Both the position numbers and the translations under genes were made by a program. The notes under the pieces are model-generated. The model had not been told where the DNA came from, ran no database searches, and was given only the letters and a program-made list of their open reading frames with translations. Of a stretch of 64,000 nucleotides of DNA, positions 27,016 through 35,948 are shown one piece after another. Within the stretch, counting starts at the first letter, position 1. Each line of letters begins with the position of its first letter. The stretch lies in IMG/VR virus record IMGVR_UViG_3300034072_000926, positions 62,001 to 126,000 of that record, one strand, 5' to 3'.

Positions 27016-29331
27016 TTACTTGTTCAGCTTAGGATTGATCGAGATCTTCTTAGCTGGGGTAGGATTGATCGAGATCTTCTTCGCAGGAGTTGGGTTAATG
27101 GAAACCTTCTTCGCAGGAGTTGGATTGATCGAGACCTTCTTCGATGGAGCAGGGGTTACCTGTGCGACCAGGTCATCCATTTCCTTGTTGCCCTGGTTCA
27201 TCATGTTGGCCTTAACGCCGGTCATGACCTTGTCCAGTGCTGGGCTTGCGGCAGCAGGAGCAGCGGATCCCATTGCAGCAGCAGCGCCCATACCAAGAGC
27301 AGCCTTCTTCAGCTTGTCCTTGAAACCTTCGTCAACCTTCTCTTCGGTCGACTCTTCCTTTGGTTCTTCGGCATCCTTCTTGGCAAATGGATTACCCTTT
27401 GGCTTTTCGGCAGCTTCTGGAGCCTTTGAACCACCAACTTCATCAGCCTTTGGCTCTGCGGCCTTTTCGCCACCCTCGGTCTTTGCAGCACCGGCTGGGT
27501 TGCTCTTCAGCTTCTGATAGTCGGTCGAGAATGGCTCGCCCTTATACTGGCCCATAGTGTCTACTGGCCAATGAGCAGCGTTGATGTTCTCGTTAACTGC
27601 TTCGTCGCCGTTCAGTTCGCTCGATGCAGCGGCAGCAAATTCACCAGCGTTCTTTGGAGTCTTGCCATCCTGCTTCATCTTGTTCAGCATCTTGTTCGCA
27701 ACATTGCGCTCCTGACCAGTCATACCAGTCATTGCACTCTGAACGCTCTGGTTAGCAGCAGACTTGTTGGTGCCCATCTTGCCTGCCATCTTTGCCATTG
27801 CCGAACCGGCGACCTTCTGGTCCTGAGTCGAAAGAGCAGTGAATTCACGAAGCTTACGAACACTGTAGGCTGCTGGGCTTGCACCGAATTCTGCAGTGAA
27901 AGCTTCAACCAGTGCTAGAGTTGCGTTCTCATCGCCTTCCATCAGACCGGCCTTAGAAGCCATCAGATTCGAAAACTCACGAACGAACTTTGCAGCATTG
28001 CCCTTTCCTTCGCTCTGGATCGAAGCTTCAATCAGCCGAGCGACCGAACGAGCAGCTAGAGTTGCCTCAGAAACTTCTTCGTCACCCTTTGCCTTCTCAC
28101 GACGTGCCGACTTACGAGCAGCAAAGCGATCTGCCTTGTCGTCGTCTTCGTCGTTACCCTTGCGGAAGGTCTTGCCTTCGTCTAGCTCATCCTCGCCTTT
28201 ACCCTTTTCCTTGCGGGCAGACTTACGAGCAGCAAAACGTTCAGCCTTGTCATCTTCGTCGTCATTCTTGCGGAAAGTCTTACCTTCGTTGGTCTGCTTT
28301 GCCTGAGCAACAGCATCCTGGTATGCCTTTTCCTGTTCGTAATCATCCATCGACAACTGGCTCGAACCAGCTACGCGGTGATAATCGTAACCCTTCTTTG
28401 CAATAGCACCAACGCTACCGACAGAAGCTAGAGCGGCCGCACCAAGAGCAGCATTCTTTAGGCCCCTAGTGAACTTGCCTTCAACGATGTCTAGGTCTGC
28501 ACTCTGGGTGAAGGTTGGTTCGGCGAGCTGTGCCATTGCAGCGGCACCATGCTTCTTCTTACCAATCCAACCTGCCAGCTTAACTGGATCAGCGGCTGCC
28601 TTCTTTGCAACGCTCGATGCGAAGCTCTTGAAATGATCTTCTGGCATGCCCATTGCTGCTTCGTTGAGAACCCAATCAATCAGGCTTTCTAGCGACTCAG
28701 TTTCAAGTAGCCTGCGACCAGCAGCTTCTAGGATGATGGATTCGTTCAGGGCCTTACCGCCTTCAACGCTTTCCTTCTTTGCACGACCGAGTGGTTCTTC
28801 AACTGGACCAGCGGCAGCATCAGCTGCACCGAAATCGTCCATTGCACCATCGAGGTCAGCCGACATATCGTCACCGGCTGGTTCTGCGAATGGATCAGCC
28901 GCTGGTGCTTCTGCACCAACATCAGCTGCCATATCATTAGCTGGAAGCTTACCTTCAAGACGCATAATGGAATTGCCCATTTCGTCCTTTGCACGACGAA
29001 CAGTGTTCATCGCGTTGGTGATTGCTTCCTGTGCAGAAGCTTCGAAGGTGTGAGCGCCGTCCTGGCCGAAGGTTGCCTTCATCTTGTCGACGAGTGGGAA
29101 GAGATCCTGTGCGTTCATCTTTGCCAGGTCTTCTGCCATGTTCTGCAGCTTGTGCATCATGTCCTGAGCGGCAAGGATGAGTTCAGCCTGATCCAGGTCG
29201 TTCTCAAGTAGGGTGGCCATGCCAGATGGCTGAGCTGCTTCTTCCAGCTTACGAGCAGCCACTAGACGAGCCTGCACGTTTGCAACCTCCTCCTTGATCG
29301 CCTGAAGCTTTTCAAACTTAGTCTTGTTCAT
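27016..29331 (-). CDS. large acidic putative prohead core/internal protein with repeats
   Basis: LLE..L.QAE..LAAQD N-terminal domain; many (L/I/V)xE motifs; internal and C-terminal repeats. Confidence 0.7.
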   Translation of the reverse strand: MNKTKFEKLQAIKEEVANVQARLVAARKLEEAAQPSGMATLLENDLDQAELILAAQDMMHKLQNMAEDLAKMNAQDLFPLVDKMKATFGQDGAHTFEASAQEAITNAMNTVRRAKDEMGNSIMRLEGKLPANDMAADVGAEAPAADPFAEPAGDDMSADLDGAMDDFGAADAAAGPVEEPLGRAKKESVEGGKALNESIILEAAGRRLLETESLESLIDWVLNEAAMGMPEDHFKSFASSVAKKAAADPVKLAGWIGKKKHGAAAMAQLAEPTFTQSADLDIVEGKFTRGLKNAALGAAALASVGSVGAIAKKGYDYHRVAGSSQLSMDDYEQEKAYQDAVAQAKQTNEGKTFRKNDDEDDKAERFAARKSARKEKGKGEDELDEGKTFRKGNDEDDDKADRFAARKSARREKAKGDEEVSEATLAARSVARLIEASIQSEGKGNAAKFVREFSNLMASKAGLMEGDENATLALVEAFTAEFGASPAAYSVRKLREFTALSTQDQKVAGSAMAKMAGKMGTNKSAANQSVQSAMTGMTGQERNVANKMLNKMKQDGKTPKNAGEFAAAASSELNGDEAVNENINAAHWPVDTMGQYKGEPFSTDYQKLKSNPAGAAKTEGGEKAAEPKADEVGGSKAPEAAEKPKGNPFAKKDAEEPKEESTEEKVDEGFKDKLKKAALGMGAAAAMGSAAPAAASPALDKVMTGVKANMMNQGNKEMDDLVAQVTPAPSKKVSINPTPAKKVSINPTPAKKISINPTPAKKISINPKLNK
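27031..27150 (-). repeat. 4 x 30-bp in-frame tandem repeat (PAKK[V/I]SINPT)
   Basis: Directly visible units starting at 27031, 27061, 27091 and 27121. Confidence 0.9.
28082..28287 (-). repeat. two in-frame direct repeats of about 100 bp (EGKTFRK..DEDDDKA.RFAARKSAR.EK.KG)
   Basis: Visible in both DNA and protein. Confidence 0.85.
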
Positions 29332-29343
29332 ACGATTTGCTCC

Positions 29344-29646
29344 TTAAGCGGAAGTCTTGTTTCGCTTGATACGCTTTGGCGCTACTTCGGAAAGGAAAAT
29401 GCCAAGAGCTTCCTGAATGAGAACAGCCTCATTGTATTGAGGATTTTCATTGTAGGAATTGAAAGCAGATTCAGAGATGATCTTGCTTCGCTGTTGGCCA
29501 TATGCCTCATGAAGGCTCTGGAGTTCTGCTAGGCTTTCAAAAGCCGAGAAATCAATCGTTACCCCGTGGGTAGATTCTAGGACATTCAAGATCCTAGACA
29601 AACGATAGCTTGAGCTCGTTTTGAGGTCATCGATGACCATAAGCAT
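29344..29646 (-). CDS. hypothetical late protein
   Basis: TAAATA at 29677-29682; ORF track. Confidence 0.6.
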   Translation of the reverse strand: MLMVIDDLKTSSSYRLSRILNVLESTHGVTIDFSAFESLAELQSLHEAYGQQRSKIISESAFNSYNENPQYNEAVLIQEALGIFLSEVAPKRIKRNKTSA

Positions 29647-29742
29647 CCTTCCAGTTAGCGCGCTGCGTTAGTCTCATATTTAGCGCGGACGTCTGTCAGT
29701 CAGCAGGAAACAACTAGCATAATGCCAGTCGTTTCCCAATAA

Positions 29743-30471
29743 TTAACGGATGGATTCTAGAATGCTCTTGATCTGATCCTGAGCCGCAAGCGCATTGGCC
29801 TTTGCGACATTGAAACGATCCTTGAACACATTGGCGGCAGCAGTTTCGCCTAGGTTAATCGACTGCTGATAACGAGACTTGTGCTTACCAGTCTCAATGC
29901 GATTACGATTGTAATCTTCTTCCAGTTCTAGAACTTCCTGAACTTTTGCAGAGTCAAGACCCTGGCCCTTGTTCATCAGCTTCATAATTGCGGTTGCAGC
30001 TTCCTTGATAACCAGGTCACTAACAACGTCTTTACGGCTTGCATCAACAACCGAGAAGCGATTTACTTCCTTGCCATTGCTTTCCTGGATGGATACCAAT
30101 ACAGTGAATGGACCATTACTAGCTGCCGGGGCGGGTGCAAAGTGAGAAGCTTCAACGAGAGGCTGACGCTGTGGCTGAGTTGGTTCATCGCCACCGAGTG
30201 CGCTCATCTTCTCGAGCAAGGTCTTCATTGCGTCAACTTCTTCGCGACTTGTGCCGAAGCTTGGCATGTAGGGCTGTGCAGGAGGGGCCTGACGGCTCTC
30301 ATATAGTGGACGCTGAGTTCCAGCATGGCCACCAGTGTAATGGGCTTGCTGAGGTTGCTGAACGGCAGGAACATTTGAGCCGCCGCCATTGCCACCATTC
30401 ATAATCTGCAGAAGGCGAGCCATTTCAGCTTTTTCTTGATTGCTTGGGCCCATCGGAATTAGATTTGACAT
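29743..30471 (-). CDS. hypothetical late/virion protein
   Basis: 242-aa ORF; LYE/LVE motifs. Confidence 0.7.
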   Translation of the reverse strand: MSNLIPMGPSNQEKAEMARLLQIMNGGNGGGSNVPAVQQPQQAHYTGGHAGTQRPLYESRQAPPAQPYMPSFGTSREEVDAMKTLLEKMSALGGDEPTQPQRQPLVEASHFAPAPAASNGPFTVLVSIQESNGKEVNRFSVVDASRKDVVSDLVIKEAATAIMKLMNKGQGLDSAKVQEVLELEEDYNRNRIETGKHKSRYQQSINLGETAAANVFKDRFNVAKANALAAQDQIKSILESIR

Positions 30472-30472
30472 A

Positions 30473-30703
30473 TTATCTCCAAAGGTCGTCGAGTTTGCTT
30501 ACCACATAGTAGATGTTTCCATCACGTTGGGTTCTTTCCAGAACGCCACGGCTGACCATCTTGCGGGCAACTTCACGTTGACGTTCATCTAGCTCTTTAC
30601 GCTGGATGAATTGCCCCTCCTGAGATTCAATCAAATCAATCAGACCCTGCTCCTCTTGGGAAACAGGGATCTGAAGTCCGCCGCGAATCTCATGGAAGCG
30701 CAT
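30473..30703 (-). CDS. small conserved protein, possible winged helix (MRFHEI N-terminus)
   Basis: L.ERQREVARKMVSRGVL.R. Confidence 0.65.
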   Translation of the reverse strand: MRFHEIRGGLQIPVSQEEQGLIDLIESQEGQFIQRKELDERQREVARKMVSRGVLERTQRDGNIYYVVSKLDDLWR

Positions 30704-30706
30704 GGT

Positions 30707-32032
30707 TTACTTCTTACGGCGTTCGCCGAGGTAATCGCGACCCATCATCTGCACCTGATTAGTCAGGTCTTGCAGCTTCTGGATCAGGCTCTTGTATTCG
30801 GAGAGACGAATGTCTGCCAGCATGGTCTGAATGTTGTTCAGGCCGTCTTCAATCTGGCTCATTGCGTCGCTCTGTGTAGGAGCCATTGGCATTGCACCCG
30901 GCATACCCATTGGCTCAACTGGATCAGTACCAAGGGCACCTGGGATACCGGCGTCTGCAGGAATCTCTGCATCAAGGTCGCTGCCCATATCTACTGGTTC
31001 TGCGCCCGCAGGAGCAATCTCTGGAGCATCTAGGTCTCCAAGCTCTTCGGGTTCCCCACCGACTGGACCCGCAGCCAAAACACCCTCTGGATCAATCTCA
31101 GGGGCATCAGCAACTTCAATACCTGCAATGTCGTCATCCATCAGAGGCAGACCTGCGAGTTCGCGCAGGCGGAAGAGTGGGTTTACTTTGTTCATACCAA
31201 TTACTCCTTCGTCTAGGCGGCTCACTTCAGTCTCAGCTACCATTTCAAGCTGGCCGTTCATAATAACGCCGATTGTTCCGTTTGGTCCATGTGGGATCTT
31301 GACCTGGCCGGTTACACCGCCAACGTTCACATCCTCACCAATTGCGAATTCGATCTCCTCGTCGAAACGAGGCTTGTGCTTGGCACCACGACCGTGCTTG
31401 TCTACCTTACGAGCGTCGACGCCATCTTTGTGGTAGCCGGCCTTACCAGCAACCGGCATAGCAGCAAGTGGATTGCGCTGCTTCATAGTTGCCATCTTTT
31501 CACGAGCTTCACGCTCACGCTTCTTTGAATTCTTGCTCATCTTCTCTTCAATCTCAATGGAATCACGAACTGTTGGCTTGCGGAGGATCTCCGACAGAGC
31601 GCGACCAGTGCGATAAGCACCTTCACGATCATTGCACTCAATGCGGTAGTTTACAGGACTGGTTGCCTGATAAGCAACTTCATTCTCGTCCAACCAATCC
31701 AGAACGCGATCACGGGTTTGTTCAGTAACTTCGACCGCATAGGTGAAGCCTTCATCAACGCGAGTCATAACACCGAAGGTTTCGTCCAGTGCCTTGCCTT
31801 CGCGGATGCTTTCCCATTGTGCGTTCAGGAGATCGTTGCTCATTGCAGCCTCATTCTTTAACTTGATACCATATTTACCTAAAAGAGAATTCACTCGAAC
31901 AGTATTCCTGCTCTTGATCGCATCGACCAATGCCATAAGGATATTGCCTTCGATTTGTGCCTCCAGGTCATTAGCAGTTTTCTCATCCACACCCTTGCTT
32001 ACAAGGTAGTCGGTCAAGTCGAACTTATCCAT
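30707..32032 (-). CDS. acidic putative internal head protein
   Basis: LDE/VDE motifs, RLRELAG motif, SH3-like segment. Confidence 0.65.
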   Translation of the reverse strand: MDKFDLTDYLVSKGVDEKTANDLEAQIEGNILMALVDAIKSRNTVRVNSLLGKYGIKLKNEAAMSNDLLNAQWESIREGKALDETFGVMTRVDEGFTYAVEVTEQTRDRVLDWLDENEVAYQATSPVNYRIECNDREGAYRTGRALSEILRKPTVRDSIEIEEKMSKNSKKREREAREKMATMKQRNPLAAMPVAGKAGYHKDGVDARKVDKHGRGAKHKPRFDEEIEFAIGEDVNVGGVTGQVKIPHGPNGTIGVIMNGQLEMVAETEVSRLDEGVIGMNKVNPLFRLRELAGLPLMDDDIAGIEVADAPEIDPEGVLAAGPVGGEPEELGDLDAPEIAPAGAEPVDMGSDLDAEIPADAGIPGALGTDPVEPMGMPGAMPMAPTQSDAMSQIEDGLNNIQTMLADIRLSEYKSLIQKLQDLTNQVQMMGRDYLGERRKK

Positions 32033-32198
32033 TCTTCTTTCCCTTCTTTACGTGAATACGGGTCTTGATCTTAGGACCACGATTCTCTTGGATGATCTGC
32101 TCAAATTGAAGAGACCATAGGTATGAAGCCTGTTCACGGATATTTCCAGCGACAGGCGTAATAAGAGGCTCATCGCCAAACAGCTCAGAAAGAGTCAT
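32025..32198 (-). CDS. small protein, 57 aa (MTLSELFGDE...KKGKKNG)
   Basis: Below ORF-track cutoff; TAAATA at 32232-32237; overlaps the next start. Confidence 0.55.
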   Translation of the reverse strand: MTLSELFGDEPLITPVAGNIREQASYLWSLQFEQIIQENRGPKIKTRIHVKKGKKNG

Positions 32199-32305
32199 TG
32201 GTTGCTCACAGGTTCAAAGTTGGATCCGTGGTATTTAGCTTATCGTGCAATCTGCGGAGCAATGTAGCTAGTTAAAGCAACATACCCAAAAAACGCACTT
32301 TACGG

Positions 32306-32311
32306 TAAATA
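32306..32311 (+). promoter_or_regulatory. T4-like late promoter core TAAATA for the holin-like/PAS operon
   Basis: TAAATA about 30 nt upstream of ATG 32342, with GGAG RBS; same motif precedes many late genes. Confidence 0.6.
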
Positions 32312-32341
32312 ACGGTAACGGTTCGCGTAGGGAGACTACAT

Positions 32342-32587
32342 ATGGGTGATCTATTCAAAAGTGTAGTCGAAATGATCGCGAAGGGCGAAGCAGGAGCTCT
32401 GACGGCTATTCTCCTAGCTATCATTGGTGTCTTGGGTTGGTATTGTTTTCGCCTGATGAAGCAACTGGAAAAGAAGGACGAGAAGATCTATAAGATCATC
32501 GACGACTATTCCAAGAACAACATCACTATCACTGACGCTCTAAACGGCCTCAAGACGGTGCTTATTGAGATTAAGGCAAAGCTCTAA
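32342..32587 (+). CDS. single-TM small membrane protein, BhlA/UviB holin-like architecture
   Basis: TM segment ALTAILLAIIGVLGWYCF followed by charged coiled coil KKDEKIYKIIDD...IEIKAKL. Confidence 0.6.
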   Translation: MGDLFKSVVEMIAKGEAGALTAILLAIIGVLGWYCFRLMKQLEKKDEKIYKIIDDYSKNNITITDALNGLKTVLIEIKAKL

Positions 32588-34248
32588 TGTGGTTTAAAGA
32601 TCGGAAGGAAAAGAAGAAGCAGCGTGAAGCTGTTTTGAAAGCGGCGCTTGACTCTAGCGAAGCCCTTGAAAAGGCCGCTAAAGGCACGATGAACCTTGCC
32701 GAAGATGTAACCAAAACCCTTCAAAGCAAAATTGACGACTATGCTCGGCAGATTGACCAAACGTCTAGTCTGCTGAGCGACGCTCTCATTCTAGTTGATG
32801 ACCACGGAGTCATCGAAAGTTTCAATCCAGCGGCTGAAAAGATGTTTGGTATTGCTAGGAGACATATCAGGGGGAAGAGCATTTCTAAGCTCTTCGAATT
32901 CCCCAAAGATACTATCATCGACCCAGTGTTCATGGATGAACTAACCGTAAAGGTCAATGAGAATGATCCTGCAGCCACTGTCCATTATGAAGACTTCATG
33001 GGCATCCGTAAAGATGGCATGACTTTCCATGTGGACGTCAGTGCCAGCAAATTCACCAGGAACAACTCGAAAGTCCATTACATCATCCTAGTCCACGATG
33101 TGACCCACAAGGTGGCGAATAGCAAAATGGTCGAAGATCTTGCTCAGAGGAACATGGAACTCCTTGCTACCATTGATGCATCAAATACCGGATTCATTAT
33201 CCTAAGCCCTGATGGTAGCGACTTCAAGATCAACTTCGTCAACATGGGCTTTAGTCGTCTCACTGGGTATTCTAGGACTCAGATCAAGAATATGAGCCTT
33301 ATGGATCTTCTTGGCATCGAGCAAACTTTCTGGTCGGTTCGTCGTAGCCTTCTTGAACAGAAAGAAGCACGTCACGAAGTCCAGCTAGAGATCGGAACAT
33401 GTCAGACTATCTGGTTTGACATTCAGATCACACCAGTGTTCAACGATGGTATCTGTAGTCAGTGGATCTTAGTGTTCTATGACACTACTGCACTAAAGAA
33501 AGCATATCACGATCTCAGGAAGAGCGAATCACATTTCAAGGCGTTTAGTGATGCAAGTTCCGAGTCCATGCTTATCCACAACTTTGGTCAGGTCATTGAT
33601 TGGAACGATCGCCTCAACGCATTGACTGGCTATACAGATGAAGAGATTGAGAAACTCATGCCTCTTGATCTTGTCCATCCTCTCGAACGTGAGAAGATCA
33701 GAGAAGAGGTTCATTTAACTGGTAACAATAGCTATGAAACGCTATTCATGACCAAACAAGGCGATGTTCGTGAGGTTGCAATCAACAGTCGTTCCATTGA
33801 ATGGGATAACACTGATGCAAGGATTTCAATTGTTCGAGATGTAACCGAATACAAGGATATCGAGACTCAGTTGAAGACTGCAAGGGAGCGTTATCGCACG
33901 GTCATCGATAACACGATCGATATGGTCATTTGCTTCAATAGCGATTTCGAGATTACCTTCTCGAATCAGACCTTCCGTGACTACTATGAAGTAGAGCTAG
34001 AAGACATCAATGGGTTCTCACTCTTGGAGATCATCCCTGAGACTGACCATAAGAAGTTCAAGGAATATATGATGGAGATCGCCCCTGGGAATGATGTTCG
34101 TCGAGGTATTCACCGTGTCCAGCGTCATGGAGACATTAGGATGCAGGATTGGATCGACCGTGGCATCTTTGATGAAGATGGAAATCTCATTGAAATTCAG
34201 AGTGTTGCTCGAGACGTAACTAGCCTTTTGCCTCCACCTACTACTTGA
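32587..34248 (+). CDS. multi-PAS sensor protein (4 PAS domains, no output domain)
   Basis: Four PAS S-box units (FNPAAEKMFG, VNMGFSRLTGYS, WNDRLNALTGYT, FSNQTF) ending in HDVT, YDTT, RDVT and RDVT; stop 8 aa after the last. Confidence 0.9.
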   Translation: MWFKDRKEKKKQREAVLKAALDSSEALEKAAKGTMNLAEDVTKTLQSKIDDYARQIDQTSSLLSDALILVDDHGVIESFNPAAEKMFGIARRHIRGKSISKLFEFPKDTIIDPVFMDELTVKVNENDPAATVHYEDFMGIRKDGMTFHVDVSASKFTRNNSKVHYIILVHDVTHKVANSKMVEDLAQRNMELLATIDASNTGFIILSPDGSDFKINFVNMGFSRLTGYSRTQIKNMSLMDLLGIEQTFWSVRRSLLEQKEARHEVQLEIGTCQTIWFDIQITPVFNDGICSQWILVFYDTTALKKAYHDLRKSESHFKAFSDASSESMLIHNFGQVIDWNDRLNALTGYTDEEIEKLMPLDLVHPLEREKIREEVHLTGNNSYETLFMTKQGDVREVAINSRSIEWDNTDARISIVRDVTEYKDIETQLKTARERYRTVIDNTIDMVICFNSDFEITFSNQTFRDYYEVELEDINGFSLLEIIPETDHKKFKEYMMEIAPGNDVRRGIHRVQRHGDIRMQDWIDRGIFDEDGNLIEIQSVARDVTSLLPPPTT

Positions 34249-34291
34249 CAAAAGGTTATAAGACTTTACTCTAAAGCCTAAGGAGTAAGTC

Positions 34292-34408
34292 ATGTCATCA
34301 CAAATCCCAGCCTACCGATTCAAGATCATCCACAAGGATGACAATGTAACCGTGCGATGTAATGACATATTGCTCGCTGCTATCAAAGAAGCGAAGAAAT
34401 CATCCTGA
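34292..34408 (+). CDS. 38-aa peptide MSSQIPAYRFKIIHKDD...
   Basis: TTGACA promoter-like element near 34245, AAGGAG RBS and downstream terminator. Confidence 0.5.
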   Translation: MSSQIPAYRFKIIHKDDNVTVRCNDILLAAIKEAKKSS

Positions 34409-34415
34409 TACAAGA

Positions 34416-34441
34416 AAACGCCAGTGTTTCCACTGGCGTTC
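34416..34441. terminator. hairpin terminator between convergent genes
   Basis: AACGCCAGTG-TTTC-CACTGGCGTT. Confidence 0.65.
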
Positions 34442-34465
34442 CTCGTTTTCGGACTTTCTAAAAAC

Positions 34466-34783
34466 TTAGAAAGTGAATGCCGAAATCACAACTGCGAAAC
34501 CGCAAGCAGCGGTAACTTCGTTCGAGAACGCAGTCAGGTCGCCGAAGATTTCGTTGTGCTCAACAGCGAAGTTGAGAACAGTTGCCGATGGGGTGCCCAT
34601 AACAACAGGCTGTGCGCGGATCGAGATTGCTTCGATCAGCTTGTCCATCTTAACCGAGTGCTGCTCTTCGTCGCCAACTAGGGTGGTCAGACCGCCCGAA
34701 GCAACAGTAGCAGTGAACATTGGCAGGCCGCCAGACAGGAACTGATCTGGGGTCTTTGCGAAGCCGTGAACCTTCTGAGTCAT
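34466..34783 (-). CDS. small putative virion structural protein
   Basis: TATAAATA at 34819-34826; AGGAG RBS; high-expression codon usage. Confidence 0.7.
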   Translation of the reverse strand: MTQKVHGFAKTPDQFLSGGLPMFTATVASGGLTTLVGDEEQHSVKMDKLIEAISIRAQPVVMGTPSATVLNFAVEHNEIFGDLTAFSNEVTAACGFAVVISAFTF

Positions 34784-34839
34784 TGTAAAATCTCCTAAAA
34801 GAGAGTTTCTGTTAACTCTATTTATACAATCACAGAGTT

Positions 34840-35043
34840 CTAACGACGGATAATAGCAGGGGCTACTTCAGAGGTCTTCTTGCGCTTCTTCTTACGTTCA
34901 GCAGCATCGTAGATACCCTTGTGGCCATTCGGATCAAAGCCAGCACCAATCCCACCAACACTGGTCGCTACATTGCCTGATGCCGATGCGCCGGCGGTTG
35001 CCGTTTCGAGAATAGGGGTCGCTACGATTTCTGTCCAACGCAT
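34840..35043 (-). CDS. small putative internal head protein (MRWTEI...ILE/TATAGASASG)
   Basis: Capsid-targeting-like N-terminus; TAATG coupling. Confidence 0.6.
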   Translation of the reverse strand: MRWTEIVATPILETATAGASASGNVATSVGGIGAGFDPNGHKGIYDAAERKKKRKKTSEVAPAIIRR

Positions 35044-35948
35044 TATTTCACCTGTAATCCGAGATCCTTGAATGAGTCAGGTATTTCAACCTTCAAGCTA
35101 TTTAAGCGCTCATGATAGATATTACGGATTGTGTTGCAGTCCTCCCAGGTGTAAATGCGACGACAGGTCATCCAGAGACCTTCAATGGTTTTCATTTCAG
35201 AACCATTAAGATAAGGACGTTCACCGAACAACAGTTCTGGCATTAACGCAGGATCATTTATAACTTCTCGGGTGGCAGGAAGAGCTGACGGGAAGATTTG
35301 AAGAAACTCATCCTTCGAGACTTCCTTGAAGTCCTGAACTCGACCCTTGCCGTCCTTACGCATAGGACGATAGCGATAGCGCCATACACAACCACGATCA
35401 TGAAAGAACGTTGGACCCACTCGAGCAATGACTTTACCATCGTCTTCTAACACCCAATCACTGTTGAAGGCCACAATAGCCTTGATCATTTCTGTTCGGT
35501 ACAACCCCTTATAGTTTGAAGTATCTTGCGGCTGTCGATACCAGGGTATACTGGCCAAAGTCAGGGCCGGAGAGAAGTAGGAGAACTCCTGCCACTCGAA
35601 GTTGCCGAACATGAAGTCAATCTGCACATATCCGTTGTCAGGATTGCCGTCAATAGGGACCGCCGTGAAGATCTGATTATTACCAGGACGAGGCTTAACG
35701 TGGTCCTCTCCCAAGAAGGCGATCAGCTGACTAGCGACCTTTGCCTGGTCATAACGAGTAATCTCGAGGTTGAGATCAATGTCGCCGGAGTCAGGATTCT
35801 TTCCTGCACTACCCAGCATAGCTTCGCGTAACTCAGAGGTTTTGTTGAGGGTGTAGTCGGGCCACTTCTTTTCTAGCCAGAACAACGTGTGTTCTATCTC
35901 TTGTCGAAGGATCCGTCGGGTAACTCCCTCGAATGCTTTACCGCCCAT
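35043..35948 (-). CDS. DNA polymerase beta-superfamily nucleotidyltransferase
   Basis: LGSAGK...SGDIDL and VQIDFMF catalytic motifs. Confidence 0.75.
   Translation of the reverse strand: MGGKAFEGVTRRILRQEIEHTLFWLEKKWPDYTLNKTSELREAMLGSAGKNPDSGDIDLNLEITRYDQAKVASQLIAFLGEDHVKPRPGNNQIFTAVPIDGNPDNGYVQIDFMFGNFEWQEFSYFSPALTLASIPWYRQPQDTSNYKGLYRTEMIKAIVAFNSDWVLEDDGKVIARVGPTFFHDRGCVWRYRYRPMRKDGKGRVQDFKEVSKDEFLQIFPSALPATREVINDPALMPELLFGERPYLNGSEMKTIEGLWMTCRRIYTWEDCNTIRNIYHERLNSLKVEIPDSFKDLGLQVK

Noticed and set aside
27031-27150. Possible CRISPR-like array
   Set aside because: Contiguous 30-bp units with no spacers, in frame within a CDS.
33200-33500. PAS2 as a blue-light LOV domain
   Set aside because: It lacks the GxNCRFLQ photoactive cysteine motif, so it is called a generic PAS only.
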